Part shown: in pieces, positions 20,103 through 29,840 of the stretch
Layout of the letters: each line of letters opens with the position of its first letter
Position numbering within the stretch: position 1 is the stretch's first letter
IMG/VR virus record: IMGVR_UViG_3300024259_000010
Span: 124,001-188,000 of that record
Reading direction: 5' to 3' (one strand)
DNA: 64,000 nt
Program-made: the position numbers and the translations under genes
Notes under the pieces: generated by a model
The model's database searches: none
Told to the model about the DNA's origin: nothing
The model's input: only the letters and a program-made list of their open reading frames with translations

Positions 20103-20855
20103 TTATTTGTCTATATTAGAAAGTGCTTTACCTAATACACCAAATTGTTTTTTAAGATAGTTATGATTATTATGATTAACATTAGCAAACTTTTTATACT
20201 TACTACCACCTTTAGCTAACCACTCATGTGTCTTACTAGTATGTTCATCAACTTTAAACCATAGAAGCGCTAGAGCTTCAATTTTATTTTTGTTACACCA
20301 TCCAGATTTTTTAAGAGTAATTTCAGATCCCATACCTACCATGTTTCCAACTAACTCACCTTTTACGTTAGTATATTTTGATGTACTAAGTTGTAGATTT
20401 AACATAGAGTTCGGACCTTGCGTCAACCCAACTATTTCTTTTTCATTATTAGTACCCACAGCTTCGCCCAATAAACCTACTATATAACTCCAGCTATTGA
20501 CTTCTCTAAGTAAGAGCCTGATTTCTTTAACTGACATTATTTTAAGAGTGGATTTACCATATGTTCTAACAGTGTCTTCATTAGAATAACATAATTTATA
20601 TGCAGCTGGGTTACCAAGAATATCTTTAATATACTTATCCGCAATACTAGATGTAAATCCAATATTTTTTTTAATAAGACTTTGTAGGTCTTCTATTGAG
20701 GATAATATATTTTGGGAAGTAGTATCGACACCTACAGATCTAAGCTCTTCCCCAAAAAGTTGTTCTAGCTGTGGACTCCATCCGTGTGCTTCAATACATT
20801 CTTCAAGATCCATTAAATCCAATAGACTATCTATGATAGTATGTGTATTATTCAT
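20103..20855 (-). CDS. Putative internal head protein (propeptide shared with 23568..24590)
   Basis: CIEAHG.....LFG..L motif shared with 23568..24590; SIE site; late-type motif at 20886-20894. Confidence 0.5.
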   Translation of the reverse strand: MNNTHTIIDSLLDLMDLEECIEAHGWSPQLEQLFGEELRSVGVDTTSQNILSSIEDLQSLIKKNIGFTSSIADKYIKDILGNPAAYKLCYSNEDTVRTYGKSTLKIMSVKEIRLLLREVNSWSYIVGLLGEAVGTNNEKEIVGLTQGPNSMLNLQLSTSKYTNVKGELVGNMVGMGSEITLKKSGWCNKNKIEALALLWFKVDEHTSKTHEWLAKGGSKYKKFANVNHNNHNYLKKQFGVLGKALSNIDK

Positions 20856-20938
20856 TGATCCCCTTTCATTAAATTATTTACATTTCATAGAATGATTAAA
20901 TATTAACGTATTTACCACATACTATACGGGAGATTTAT

Positions 20939-23509
20939 ATGTATATAAACAACATTGAATTGAGTATGTTTAAACCTATGATGCACGCTGGTAATAATTT
21001 TATATCTATAGATAAACTAGATATGATTACAGTGTTGGTAGGTTGCAATGGTAGTGGTAAAACTACATTGTTGAAAGAGCTTACACCCCTTCCCTCTATA
21101 TCAACTGATTATGAACTTAGTGGTTATAAACGATTAGAGATAGAACATAATGGATCTAACTATACAGTTGAATCTAGGTTTGATGGGAAGACGGGTAAAC
21201 ATAGTTTTATAAAAGACACAGAAGAATTAAATATATCTAAGAAAGCAAATGTACAACAAGATCTCTGTGAACAAGAATTGGGATTAACACCAATCATTAG
21301 ATCTATCATTACAGGATCTATCGATATATGTAATATGGGTAGAGCTGAACGCAAAGCGTTATTATTATCATGCTATCCATCTAACATGGCTTTCGTATTA
21401 CAACATTATAAGAAGATTGTTTCTGAAATGAAAACAATTAAAGATAATCTTAAGATGCTAACAGCACGAAAAGCTGAATTGGAAAGTACAAGAATATCTG
21501 AAGAGATGTACAAAGCGTTGTCATCTGATATGGAGTTCTTAGTCAAGTATCGTGAGATGGTTAACAATAAGATATTATTGATAACAGATGATATAGATCG
21601 GATGAAACAACTTCCAGAATATAATCCATCTATAGAGCCAATTGAATGTGATACTGTTCAACAACTTACTAGAGATCTTTTTAATAGAGGTGTCTCATAT
21701 AGAATACAGCATCCTGAGTTATTTAAGAAGAGTCATCAGAGTAGTGTAGCAGAGTTATCAACTACACGAGATTTCTTAAAAGATAATTCAACTAAGATCG
21801 AAGAAGATATTCAAGCTCTACATTTAGATATTGAGAAGTTCACTCGTATGAACGAGGAAGCATCTGAAGAGAAGCTTAATGATTATATTGTTCTGGCTGA
21901 GAGTTATCAAAAACAGATTAATGATATAGTTGTGGATAAACATGTTCCAGTATTAGATATGTATGTTATTAATAAACTCAATGCAGATTTAATAACACAG
22001 CATATTCAAAACATTTACACATGCTCAACTAATTCAAATGGTCATATTGATGTTGAGTTATCTAATTCATCACATAGTGATATAACAGAAAGATATTATA
22101 ACCTACAGAGAGAGATTGAAATGCTCAAGCATGATAGCTCTCAATTACTAACATCTTTAAAAAGGGCTCAGGAGAGAATTACCAAAGCTGAGAAATATTC
22201 ATTTGCTCAGGGGTGTAATTTACCATGTCAGGCTAGAGAGAAGTATTCTGAAACTATAAATAGTCTTAAGCAAGAAGAAGGTGGTCTTGTTAAAACACTA
22301 GGTAAGTTAAAAGAAGATATAGACACTAAAGAAGTACTACTGGGTGATTATGCAATTACGCTAGAAGAGTTTAAATCTATCCTTCCTTCTATAACTTATA
22401 TAGAAACTGTATTAAGGGATATTGATAGTAACTCTTATATTCTAGGTAAATCAACGTTAGCAAAAGTTTTACAGAAAAACCCCTTGTCTATAAGCAATTG
22501 TATTACTAAGCTTATTGAAAATAGCTTAGATCAGTACAAGTGTATTGAACTAGAAGATAACCTTAAAACTTTATCAGAAAAGATAACTACTTTACAAGAG
22601 ATTAGAGAGAAGACTCTGAACGTTATTGGTGACTCAATTAATGTTAAGCAAACTAAGTTAGATGAACTACTTGCTAAACATGCAACTGATGAAACTAAGA
22701 TTAATTCTATCAGTGGTCTATTGGAATTATATGAAGATATTAAAGGCATGGATGATAGTGTTAATGATATCAAAGAAATATATGAGACCAAGATCATAGC
22801 TAATATAATTAATGCTAAGATAGTATTATTAGAATCTTGCAAAAGAGACTTATTAGTATATGATAATATTATTGAAGATGAACAGCTTTCTATCAAGTCT
22901 ACTATCAAAGACAAAGAGTCTATTAAAATTAGATTGGAAGAAGAGATCGTTCCTAATATAAAAAGACTAACTGAAGAATTAAGCAAGTTGTCTTTATTAG
23001 AAAAAGCATTATCTCCAACTAAAGGTATCCCACATCTATATATGATTCGGTTCATAAACAACATACTTGTGTATACTAATAAGTTAGTAGCTAGTGTATG
23101 GAATTATGAAATGGAATTTGAACCTCTTAAAGAAGATAAAGAATTAACATTTGATTTTGAGATCAAACTTTATGAAAAGAGTAAACTAAAAGATATCAGT
23201 TGGTTGTCTAAAGGTCAGAAAGAAATGACTAACTTAGCGTTCATTATATCTCTGTACATGATTATGAATCTAGGAAAGACATATCCTTTGAAACTAGATG
23301 AGATCGATAGTGGGTTCTCACATCAACATAGAGACAAGCTTGTTAATCTAATTGCTGAGTTAATCTTTAAGAAAGATATCGAACAGATGTTTATGGTGAA
23401 TCATCATGCGTCTATTTATACTGGTATTAAGGAAGCTCGAATTGTATGCCTCAATCCAGATGGTATTATTCTTCCAGTTGATTACAATAAAGACGTAATA
23501 TTAAAATAA
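20939..23509 (+). CDS. sbcC: SbcC/Rad50-like SMC ATPase
   Basis: Walker A GCNGSGKT, long coiled coil with CNLPC zinc hook, signature LSKGQ, Walker B LKLDEID, H-loop. Confidence 0.9.
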   Translation: MYINNIELSMFKPMMHAGNNFISIDKLDMITVLVGCNGSGKTTLLKELTPLPSISTDYELSGYKRLEIEHNGSNYTVESRFDGKTGKHSFIKDTEELNISKKANVQQDLCEQELGLTPIIRSIITGSIDICNMGRAERKALLLSCYPSNMAFVLQHYKKIVSEMKTIKDNLKMLTARKAELESTRISEEMYKALSSDMEFLVKYREMVNNKILLITDDIDRMKQLPEYNPSIEPIECDTVQQLTRDLFNRGVSYRIQHPELFKKSHQSSVAELSTTRDFLKDNSTKIEEDIQALHLDIEKFTRMNEEASEEKLNDYIVLAESYQKQINDIVVDKHVPVLDMYVINKLNADLITQHIQNIYTCSTNSNGHIDVELSNSSHSDITERYYNLQREIEMLKHDSSQLLTSLKRAQERITKAEKYSFAQGCNLPCQAREKYSETINSLKQEEGGLVKTLGKLKEDIDTKEVLLGDYAITLEEFKSILPSITYIETVLRDIDSNSYILGKSTLAKVLQKNPLSISNCITKLIENSLDQYKCIELEDNLKTLSEKITTLQEIREKTLNVIGDSINVKQTKLDELLAKHATDETKINSISGLLELYEDIKGMDDSVNDIKEIYETKIIANIINAKIVLLESCKRDLLVYDNIIEDEQLSIKSTIKDKESIKIRLEEEIVPNIKRLTEELSKLSLLEKALSPTKGIPHLYMIRFINNILVYTNKLVASVWNYEMEFEPLKEDKELTFDFEIKLYEKSKLKDISWLSKGQKEMTNLAFIISLYMIMNLGKTYPLKLDEIDSGFSHQHRDKLVNLIAELIFKKDIEQMFMVNHHASIYTGIKEARIVCLNPDGIILPVDYNKDVILK

Positions 23510-23567
23510 TATATATATATAGTACTACACCATTATGGTGTAGTACTATATTATTTATTTATTCTTG

Positions 23568-24590
23568 TTATTCAGTATCAACTTTAATTGCATCGATTAT
23601 TAAAGTATATGCATTTAACATTCTACTTGCAACTGTGGTCTTTAAAGTCAAATATGTGGATATATATTTAATCACCCTAACTAATTCTCTACCTTCAGAT
23701 TCCGACTCGGAAAGGATTTTAAAAACTTTATCATTACTTAACTTATCCAATTCTTTTTGGTTATCAAGCATATTTTCGATAAATGCTATTGTCTTTTCTA
23801 TTTCAGTTTTTAATTTTAATATATCTGATTTATCTTTAATATATCTAATCCATGAAAATTGTTTATCAGATTGAATATTAGAGTTATTATAATACTCTGT
23901 CGAACTTGATTTTAGATCACGATCTTCTAGAATAGCATTCACATTACTATCATTAACATCAAACTTCCCATTTGTAATATCCTTAAATACGCTCATGATG
24001 CTTTTACTCATAACATATACACTTGTATTATCATTTTCTATTAGATTATTACCTGGAATTGGTATTTTTAAATCACTAATATCATCGACATCTAATTTAT
24101 ATTTTGCATCACTATCTAATTTAATAAGTAGTTTCATCATATCTTCATTAGAAGGTTTACCAAATTTCTTATTAAATTTATTCTGTATTAATTGTTTCTT
24201 TATTTTCATCCAATTAAAAATTTTCTTGAAAAAATTTTTAATTGCTTCAATTACCCTTTTAATAGCTTCCCATATCTTTTTAACAAAATCAGTTACAGCG
24301 CCTTCAAGTGCAATACATACTGCTTTACCATCTCTAGCTTCAAACCCATTAACATCTGTTAATTGGTCTCCGAACAATGAGATGATACTATTATCAATAC
24401 CATGTGCTTCAATAGAACATTTGATATCTTTAATATTTGTATGACTTTCAGTCATATAATCCAGATCTTTCACAGCATCTTCCAGTGCAATGTAAGATTC
24501 TAACATATCAACTTCTCTTGAAAAAACAACAGACATCGGTATAGTTTTTTCACTAAGGGGTTCTATAATTGCATCTAATCCAATATTCAT
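23568..24590 (-). CDS. phiKZ-like internal head protein
   Basis: Acidic propeptide with ALE/SIE/ALE sites, followed by the amphipathic helix DFVKKIWEAIKRVIEAIKNFFKKIFNW typical of jumbo-phage inner head proteins. Confidence 0.7.
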   Translation of the reverse strand: MNIGLDAIIEPLSEKTIPMSVVFSREVDMLESYIALEDAVKDLDYMTESHTNIKDIKCSIEAHGIDNSIISLFGDQLTDVNGFEARDGKAVCIALEGAVTDFVKKIWEAIKRVIEAIKNFFKKIFNWMKIKKQLIQNKFNKKFGKPSNEDMMKLLIKLDSDAKYKLDVDDISDLKIPIPGNNLIENDNTSVYVMSKSIMSVFKDITNGKFDVNDSNVNAILEDRDLKSSSTEYYNNSNIQSDKQFSWIRYIKDKSDILKLKTEIEKTIAFIENMLDNQKELDKLSNDKVFKILSESESEGRELVRVIKYISTYLTLKTTVASRMLNAYTLIIDAIKVDTE

Positions 24591-24680
24591 ACTATATTCC
24601 TTTTTTTATAAATTATTCTAATTGCATATAATGATTACATATATATATATTGTACTATAAATAAAATATTAGTAATTGTA

Positions 24681-25004
24681 TTACTTTATTATACTAGCTA
24701 TTTTAGATTCAATTTCTTTAGCAGGTTTCTGCTTAGACCAAGCATCTAATAATTCAATACGTAAACCATTTACAGTAGATGTAGTCATATTCACTTCTTT
24801 ATCAGATACTTCTGAATTAGAAATAATATCTGACATAATACCTAATGCCTCGGTACAATGTTTGATAGTAGTCAATACTTTTTCGATATCAACTTTTGTA
24901 GACACCTTCTTTAGTATCCATGTGAGTGTAATAGCTAATAATGTCTCAACTGGAATTTTCTTAAAGGTCATTCCTATTAATTTTAGTATTCTTACTTTCC
25001 ACAT
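24681..25004 (-). CDS. Hypothetical protein, possibly membrane-associated
   Basis: 107 aa with hydrophobic segment LLAITLTWIL; AAGGA RBS. Confidence 0.45.
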   Translation of the reverse strand: MWKVRILKLIGMTFKKIPVETLLAITLTWILKKVSTKVDIEKVLTTIKHCTEALGIMSDIISNSEVSDKEVNMTTSTVNGLRIELLDAWSKQKPAKEIESKIASIIK

Positions 25005-25186
25005 AATTTATCCTTTTCTTTATTTTTTAAGTTATTATAAAGTATGCCACAAGCATACGTTTCTTTATTAATAAGTTTAATTTTATTTAATGATGATTTG
25101 ACTTTACCATAAGTTTCATTGGGATACCGTTCCATTCTATCGGGTTTAATTATTGGAAACTTCCCACTAACATTACTTTTCTTCAT
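24992..25186 (-). CDS. Hypothetical basic protein
   Basis: 64 aa ORF overlapping both neighbours in the operon. Confidence 0.35.
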   Translation of the reverse strand: MKKSNVSGKFPIIKPDRMERYPNETYGKVKSSLNKIKLINKETYACGILYNNLKNKEKDKLCGK

Positions 25187-25544
25187 TCTTAGCTTCTTTT
25201 TCCATTTTAGCTAAGCGTGTATAATAATCGGGAAATTCAGTAAGGTGATCCAATGCTATCTTCTCAGCAATAAGAGGATTAGTAGTGTGTTCCATTTCTA
25301 CTTCTATTCCCATCTTAACTTGAGTTTTATTATGCCCGCCATAATCTTTACCCTTGGATTTACCTTCATTGAGAAAGGAGCACAATACTTCTTTAACAAT
25401 TACATTAAAAGTTTTAACATCAATACTTATAGTATCTACAAATTTCTTAATAGCGTCATCTTTAGGATATGGATTTTCCATGATCCATTTAATAACTTTA
25501 TCCTTCTTATCACTATTGTTTAATATCTCTAAACCAATTTTCAT
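25173..25544 (-). CDS. DUF5661-like protein
   Basis: MGIEVEMEHT...AEKIALDHLTEFPDYYTRLAKME motif; begins MKIGLE. Confidence 0.75.
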   Translation of the reverse strand: MKIGLEILNNSDKKDKVIKWIMENPYPKDDAIKKFVDTISIDVKTFNVIVKEVLCSFLNEGKSKGKDYGGHNKTQVKMGIEVEMEHTTNPLIAEKIALDHLTEFPDYYTRLAKMEKEAKNEEK

Positions 25545-25830
25545 AATCCCCCCTATAGTTGGTCACGTAATGATGTAAATAAAAATAGAAGACATCATTA
25601 ATGCTAGTATATTATGATCATTGCATGTACAGTGGGTATAGTCAAATGAGTTATAGGCATATATTACATTCATGTAAACGTTTACATTAAAGGGATTATT
25701 AAAAAAATTCCCTTTATTATCGTATGAATATATACGACGATCAATAACTTATAAACTAGATTTAAATAGCTACAATATAAACACATCGTCATATTTAGTA
25801 CTAATTAGTTAACTAGAAGGAAATGTACAA

Positions 25831-26244
25831 ATGAGTAAGAATAAACCCCTAGAGTGGTTGGGACAAGAACCAGTAGAAGCAAAAGACGGTCTTTTCAAAG
25901 TATCTAATAGTGGATTGAATGCTGCTAAAGATGCAGCAGGTTTGACCAAAGATGTTCGTAAAGCAATTACGGATTTTGAAGATTCATCTGATGGATCAGC
26001 TATCGCATTTTGTGGTGACCAGGTTATGAAGACTGGCAATCAGTGTACTCTTGAAGTTGGAACTGGTAACAGCAAAATTGTTTACACCATGGGTGCTAAA
26101 GGCGAAGCTCGTAATCCTAAGACTGGCGAAGTCTCTGATACATATGCACGCTTCGGAAAACGCAAACGTGGAGTTGTATCCAAAACATTGCGTGATGGTG
26201 ATCTAGCTGCTATGCAAGCTAAAATTGAAAAAGCATTAAGCTAA
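25831..26244 (+). CDS. Early protein with HU/IHF-like arm motif
   Basis: GEARNPKTGE motif; TATATTAC upstream; own terminator downstream. Confidence 0.45.
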   Translation: MSKNKPLEWLGQEPVEAKDGLFKVSNSGLNAAKDAAGLTKDVRKAITDFEDSSDGSAIAFCGDQVMKTGNQCTLEVGTGNSKIVYTMGAKGEARNPKTGEVSDTYARFGKRKRGVVSKTLRDGDLAAMQAKIEKALS

Positions 26245-26268
26245 TTCAATTACAGTATTTTATATTAG

Positions 26269-26307
26269 TAATAGTCTATGGGTAACACCATAGGCTATTA
26301 TTTTTTT
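26269..26307 (+). terminator. Intrinsic terminator
   Basis: TAATAGTCTATGG/CCATAGGCTATTA stem followed by a T run. Confidence 0.7.
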
Positions 26308-26467
26308 GTTTAAAATGTAAGTTTTTACAATGTTGTAAAAATGAAACCCCTTGTTAGGAAGGGTTTTTAAATTATTATTTAAAAAATACCATAATTATAA
26401 TATACAAATTCCACAAAACTCCACTCCGTATTCGATTTTAGTATTATAAAAGAAACGGATTATTAAA

Positions 26468-27097
26468 ATGGTTAAGAAGCAATATAGAATTTTATGTATT
26501 GACCCAGCGCTTTCAAGTTGCGGATGGTCGATCTTAGATCTGATGATCGATCAATGTAAAAAAACTTCTATACCTAAGATAGTGGTATATAGAACTAGCT
26601 GTTTCAAATCTTATAATGAAGCTATTAAAGCTGCTAATAGAGTTGAAGCTAATTTCTTTGGCAAACCAGTGTTAGGTCTGAGTATATTGATTAAGAATAT
26701 GACTCAGTTAATAGAATTGTATAAACCAGATTTTGTTGTTATTGAAGATGCGTTCTTCAATCCTAAACGACCTAATGCATATGCGTCGTTAATTTCATGC
26801 ATCGTCACAATATCACAAATGTGTCGTAACTTATTTAAGCTTCCTGTATATAGAGTTCCTACTCGTTCAGCTAAAGCATCTATTGCAATGGGTGGTGCTA
26901 AGAAAGTTGATGTTCAGAAAGCAGTATTAGAAAACCCTAACATTACCTTCAAGCAAAAGAAAAGTAGAGAGATGCTTAATGACCATGAGGCTGATAGTAT
27001 CGCAGTCGGTCATTTCTTCATAACTAGTCTACTACCTGGTATCGTACCAGAGGATTACTTCGGAACAATAGAAGCTTTGAAAGGGGCCGTGAAATGA
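26468..27097 (+). CDS. ruvC: RuvC-like Holliday junction resolvase
   Basis: ILCIDPALSSCGW, VVIED, AK..I..GGAKKVDV, DHEADSIAVG. Confidence 0.9.
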   Translation: MVKKQYRILCIDPALSSCGWSILDLMIDQCKKTSIPKIVVYRTSCFKSYNEAIKAANRVEANFFGKPVLGLSILIKNMTQLIELYKPDFVVIEDAFFNPKRPNAYASLISCIVTISQMCRNLFKLPVYRVPTRSAKASIAMGGAKKVDVQKAVLENPNITFKQKKSREMLNDHEADSIAVGHFFITSLLPGIVPEDYFGTIEALKGAVK

Positions 27098-27294
27098 AGA
27101 ATGAAATACAATGCGATTGTTGCAAACGTCCTGTGACAAAACTAACCCCCAGATACGTAGCTATTAAGAAAAAGATTTTAAATATTTGTGATACATGCAT
27201 TGCACATTATGTTACCTATGATCCAGCTGACTGGATTGAGGATGGTGACGCAACTATTATGTGTACTGGTGTAATTAAAACTGAAGATGAATAA
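27094..27294 (+). CDS. Small zinc-finger protein
   Basis: CDCC...ICDTC; ATGA-type overlap with ruvC. Confidence 0.5.
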   Translation: MKNEIQCDCCKRPVTKLTPRYVAIKKKILNICDTCIAHYVTYDPADWIEDGDATIMCTGVIKTEDE

Positions 27295-27365
27295 TTTTAA
27301 TATGTACTAAATAGGTTGGGCAACTGACCTATTTAGTGTTTATATTTTTTAAAAGGAATTTATAA

Positions 27366-28142
27366 ATGAAGTTAAGAATAGATAAACTATTTGGTAAAAA
27401 TATTAAATATATGGATTTCCCAAAAAGTGAATTAGAATCATATAGAAAAAGATTAAGCAAAGGGTTGCCTACATATACAACAAGAATATCTGCTGAACAA
27501 GGTAAATATATTGCTAATGAGATAGTTAACTCACCATTTGGCCGAATTAAAATAAATCAAGTCACTAGCTATAAGGCTGGTTCTAAACATCCATTTGAAA
27601 AAGAGTTGAGTCCAGGACAACTGGCTTCTATAAAAGGACCATTTGATATTATTAGATTCTCTCTTGTAAATGTATTTATTAAACATGGGCCTGCTAAATG
27701 GCTTAAGCTTGCACAGTTTAATTTTGACTCCACTGTTTGGAAGATTAAAGATCAACATAAATTAGATCTTAAAAAAGTAATATTGGTTATTTCAGATGTA
27801 CCTGTTGATAAAGATGGTAAGAAGTCATATGATCATATAAATGACTCACTTGGATCAGCTGCTAGTAAAGCAGTCCCACCATTTATAGTTATTCCATCTG
27901 AAGCTAAATTCATTAAGGTGATGAAACATTGGAATATACCAAAAGAAGATAAAGATGATATGCTCCAACATATAATCACACATGAGTTAATACATTTTGT
28001 AGTTGATACATATTCAGATGATAGAATCAAACGTGAAGTTAAAGCGCTTGGTAATTTTGGAACAGTATATTCAAAAGCAGTTAAGAAAGATACTGAGACA
28101 CTTGTTGAGTATCTATCACTTAAATTAATTGGAAAGATTTAA
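27366..28142 (+). CDS. Hypothetical protein with HEXXH metallopeptidase-like motif
   Basis: IITHELIH followed by a downstream ETLVE. Confidence 0.5.
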   Translation: MKLRIDKLFGKNIKYMDFPKSELESYRKRLSKGLPTYTTRISAEQGKYIANEIVNSPFGRIKINQVTSYKAGSKHPFEKELSPGQLASIKGPFDIIRFSLVNVFIKHGPAKWLKLAQFNFDSTVWKIKDQHKLDLKKVILVISDVPVDKDGKKSYDHINDSLGSAASKAVPPFIVIPSEAKFIKVMKHWNIPKEDKDDMLQHIITHELIHFVVDTYSDDRIKREVKALGNFGTVYSKAVKKDTETLVEYLSLKLIGKI

Positions 28143-28143
28143 A

Positions 28144-29082
28144 ATGAATAATATAGGAATGGAAGCATTAGATGAATATGATCCAAGCAAAGAATGGATT
28201 GGTGTTGATCTAGATAGAACACTTGCTCATTATGAGAAGTGGGTAGATATTTATACTATTGGGGAACCTATCCCTAAGATGGTAAGACGAATCAAACATT
28301 GGATACGTGAAGGTAAGACTGTAAAGATCTTTACTGCACGTGCTAGTCAAGAACCTATTGAAGATATTTCAAAAGCTATTGGAGATTGGACTGAGAAGCA
28401 TATGGGTACTCGACTTGAAGTCACATGTCGTAAAGATATGTACATGACTCAACTCTGGGATGACATTGCAGTTAGAGTAGAAGTGAATACTGGGGAAATT
28501 GATAATTCATTTAAAGAAGAGGATTCCTCTGAAAAGCCTAGTAAATCATATAGTTTCATTGGCGAGAATGTTTTCATTATAGATGTTGAGTCCATTGGTA
28601 TTCACGGTGAACCTTTCTCAGTTGCAGGGGGTATTTATAATATCAAAACAAATAAAGAAATTGAATCATTTGTATTTGGTATTCCTAGAAATATTGCTAA
28701 TGGTTTACCTAGTGATAGAAAATGGGTTGATGAAAATATTCCAGAGTTTGACTACACTAAGTCTTTTGAATCAGTAGATGAAATGTGTCAAGCATTTATG
28801 GAGAAGTGGATAGCTATCAAGAAGCAATACGATGGTATTAATATGTTCGCTGAATGCCCATGGCCAGTAGAAGGTAGATTTTTAAATACTTGTGTTAAAA
28901 CAGATATTTCAAAATATATATTTGAAGGACCATATCCATTATACGATATAACATCTATGATGGCTATAGCTGGATTAGATCCTATGGCTACCTACAAAAG
29001 AATTGAATCAGAAAAACCTGCACACAATCCTTTATCTGATATTAGATTATCATTTAGATTATTATGTCACTCTGTGAAATAA
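28144..29082 (+). CDS. HAD-family phosphatase fused to DEDDh 3'-5' exonuclease-like domain
   Basis: WIGVDLDRTL, IFTAR, K, WDD (HAD); IIDVES...E...HNPLSD (DnaQ-like). Start moved to ATG 28144 (MNNIGME). Confidence 0.7.
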   Translation: MNNIGMEALDEYDPSKEWIGVDLDRTLAHYEKWVDIYTIGEPIPKMVRRIKHWIREGKTVKIFTARASQEPIEDISKAIGDWTEKHMGTRLEVTCRKDMYMTQLWDDIAVRVEVNTGEIDNSFKEEDSSEKPSKSYSFIGENVFIIDVESIGIHGEPFSVAGGIYNIKTNKEIESFVFGIPRNIANGLPSDRKWVDENIPEFDYTKSFESVDEMCQAFMEKWIAIKKQYDGINMFAECPWPVEGRFLNTCVKTDISKYIFEGPYPLYDITSMMAIAGLDPMATYKRIESEKPAHNPLSDIRLSFRLLCHSVK

Positions 29083-29221
29083 ATAGTAATAAGTAATAGT
29101 ATACCATCACGGTATACTATTACTTTTCTATACAGGTTATTATATGATCAGTGTACTCCAATGGATTTTAGATATATATTACTTCCATAGATACAATAGT
29201 TAAATGAAAGGAACTATTATT

Positions 29222-29701
29222 ATGTACAAAACAATTATCGCACTTCTGACATTAGTTATCACAATTAACATTAATGCTGAGACGATCGGTATCCGGAACA
29301 ATAATCCGGGTAATCTGACAAAACCTACTGGAGAAGTCTGGTTGGGAACAATTGGATATGATGAACAGGGATACGTGATATTCGAGGACGTGTTCTTTGG
29401 CACGCGTGCCTTATATAAGAATTTTCAGACAAGAGTCCGTCGGACTCCTGAGATGAGCTTATATAAATATATGCGCGACGTGTATGTTCAGTCTCCCAAT
29501 GGAGTAAAAGAGGCTGCGTATATAGCTAAGAAGATGAACATTAGTCCATATACTTCATTGAAGGATATTAACATAGATGAGTTGGTTATCCATGTTGCTT
29601 GGTTCGAATCTAATCTCAGACTTAACCAAACGTGGATTGATTACGTAAAGGATCAGTTCAAGTTAGAAGGGTATAAGAATGTGGTGGCCTATAATGATTA
29701 A
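29222..29701 (+). CDS. Signal-peptide-bearing lysozyme-like protein (RNNNPGNL family)
   Basis: MYKTIIALLTLVITININA-E signal peptide; GIRNNNPGNL, FED..FG.RA and C-terminal WFES; start at 29222 follows an AAAGGA RBS. Confidence 0.7.
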   Translation: MYKTIIALLTLVITININAETIGIRNNNPGNLTKPTGEVWLGTIGYDEQGYVIFEDVFFGTRALYKNFQTRVRRTPEMSLYKYMRDVYVQSPNGVKEAAYIAKKMNISPYTSLKDINIDELVIHVAWFESNLRLNQTWIDYVKDQFKLEGYKNVVAYND

Positions 29702-29840
29702 GATTGTTAAAGATCCCACTAAGTACGACATACGGCATGTTTCTAAAACGAGACATAAACTGGGTCTTTTACTTAGTGTTAAAAAGAAGTAATTCAAATA
29801 AGACACCTCCCAATTAAGGGAGGTGTCTTATTTTTTTATT

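Noticed and set aside
23509-24650. (TA)n runs at ~23510 and ~24640
   Set aside because: Expected in AT-rich intergenic DNA; no further structure
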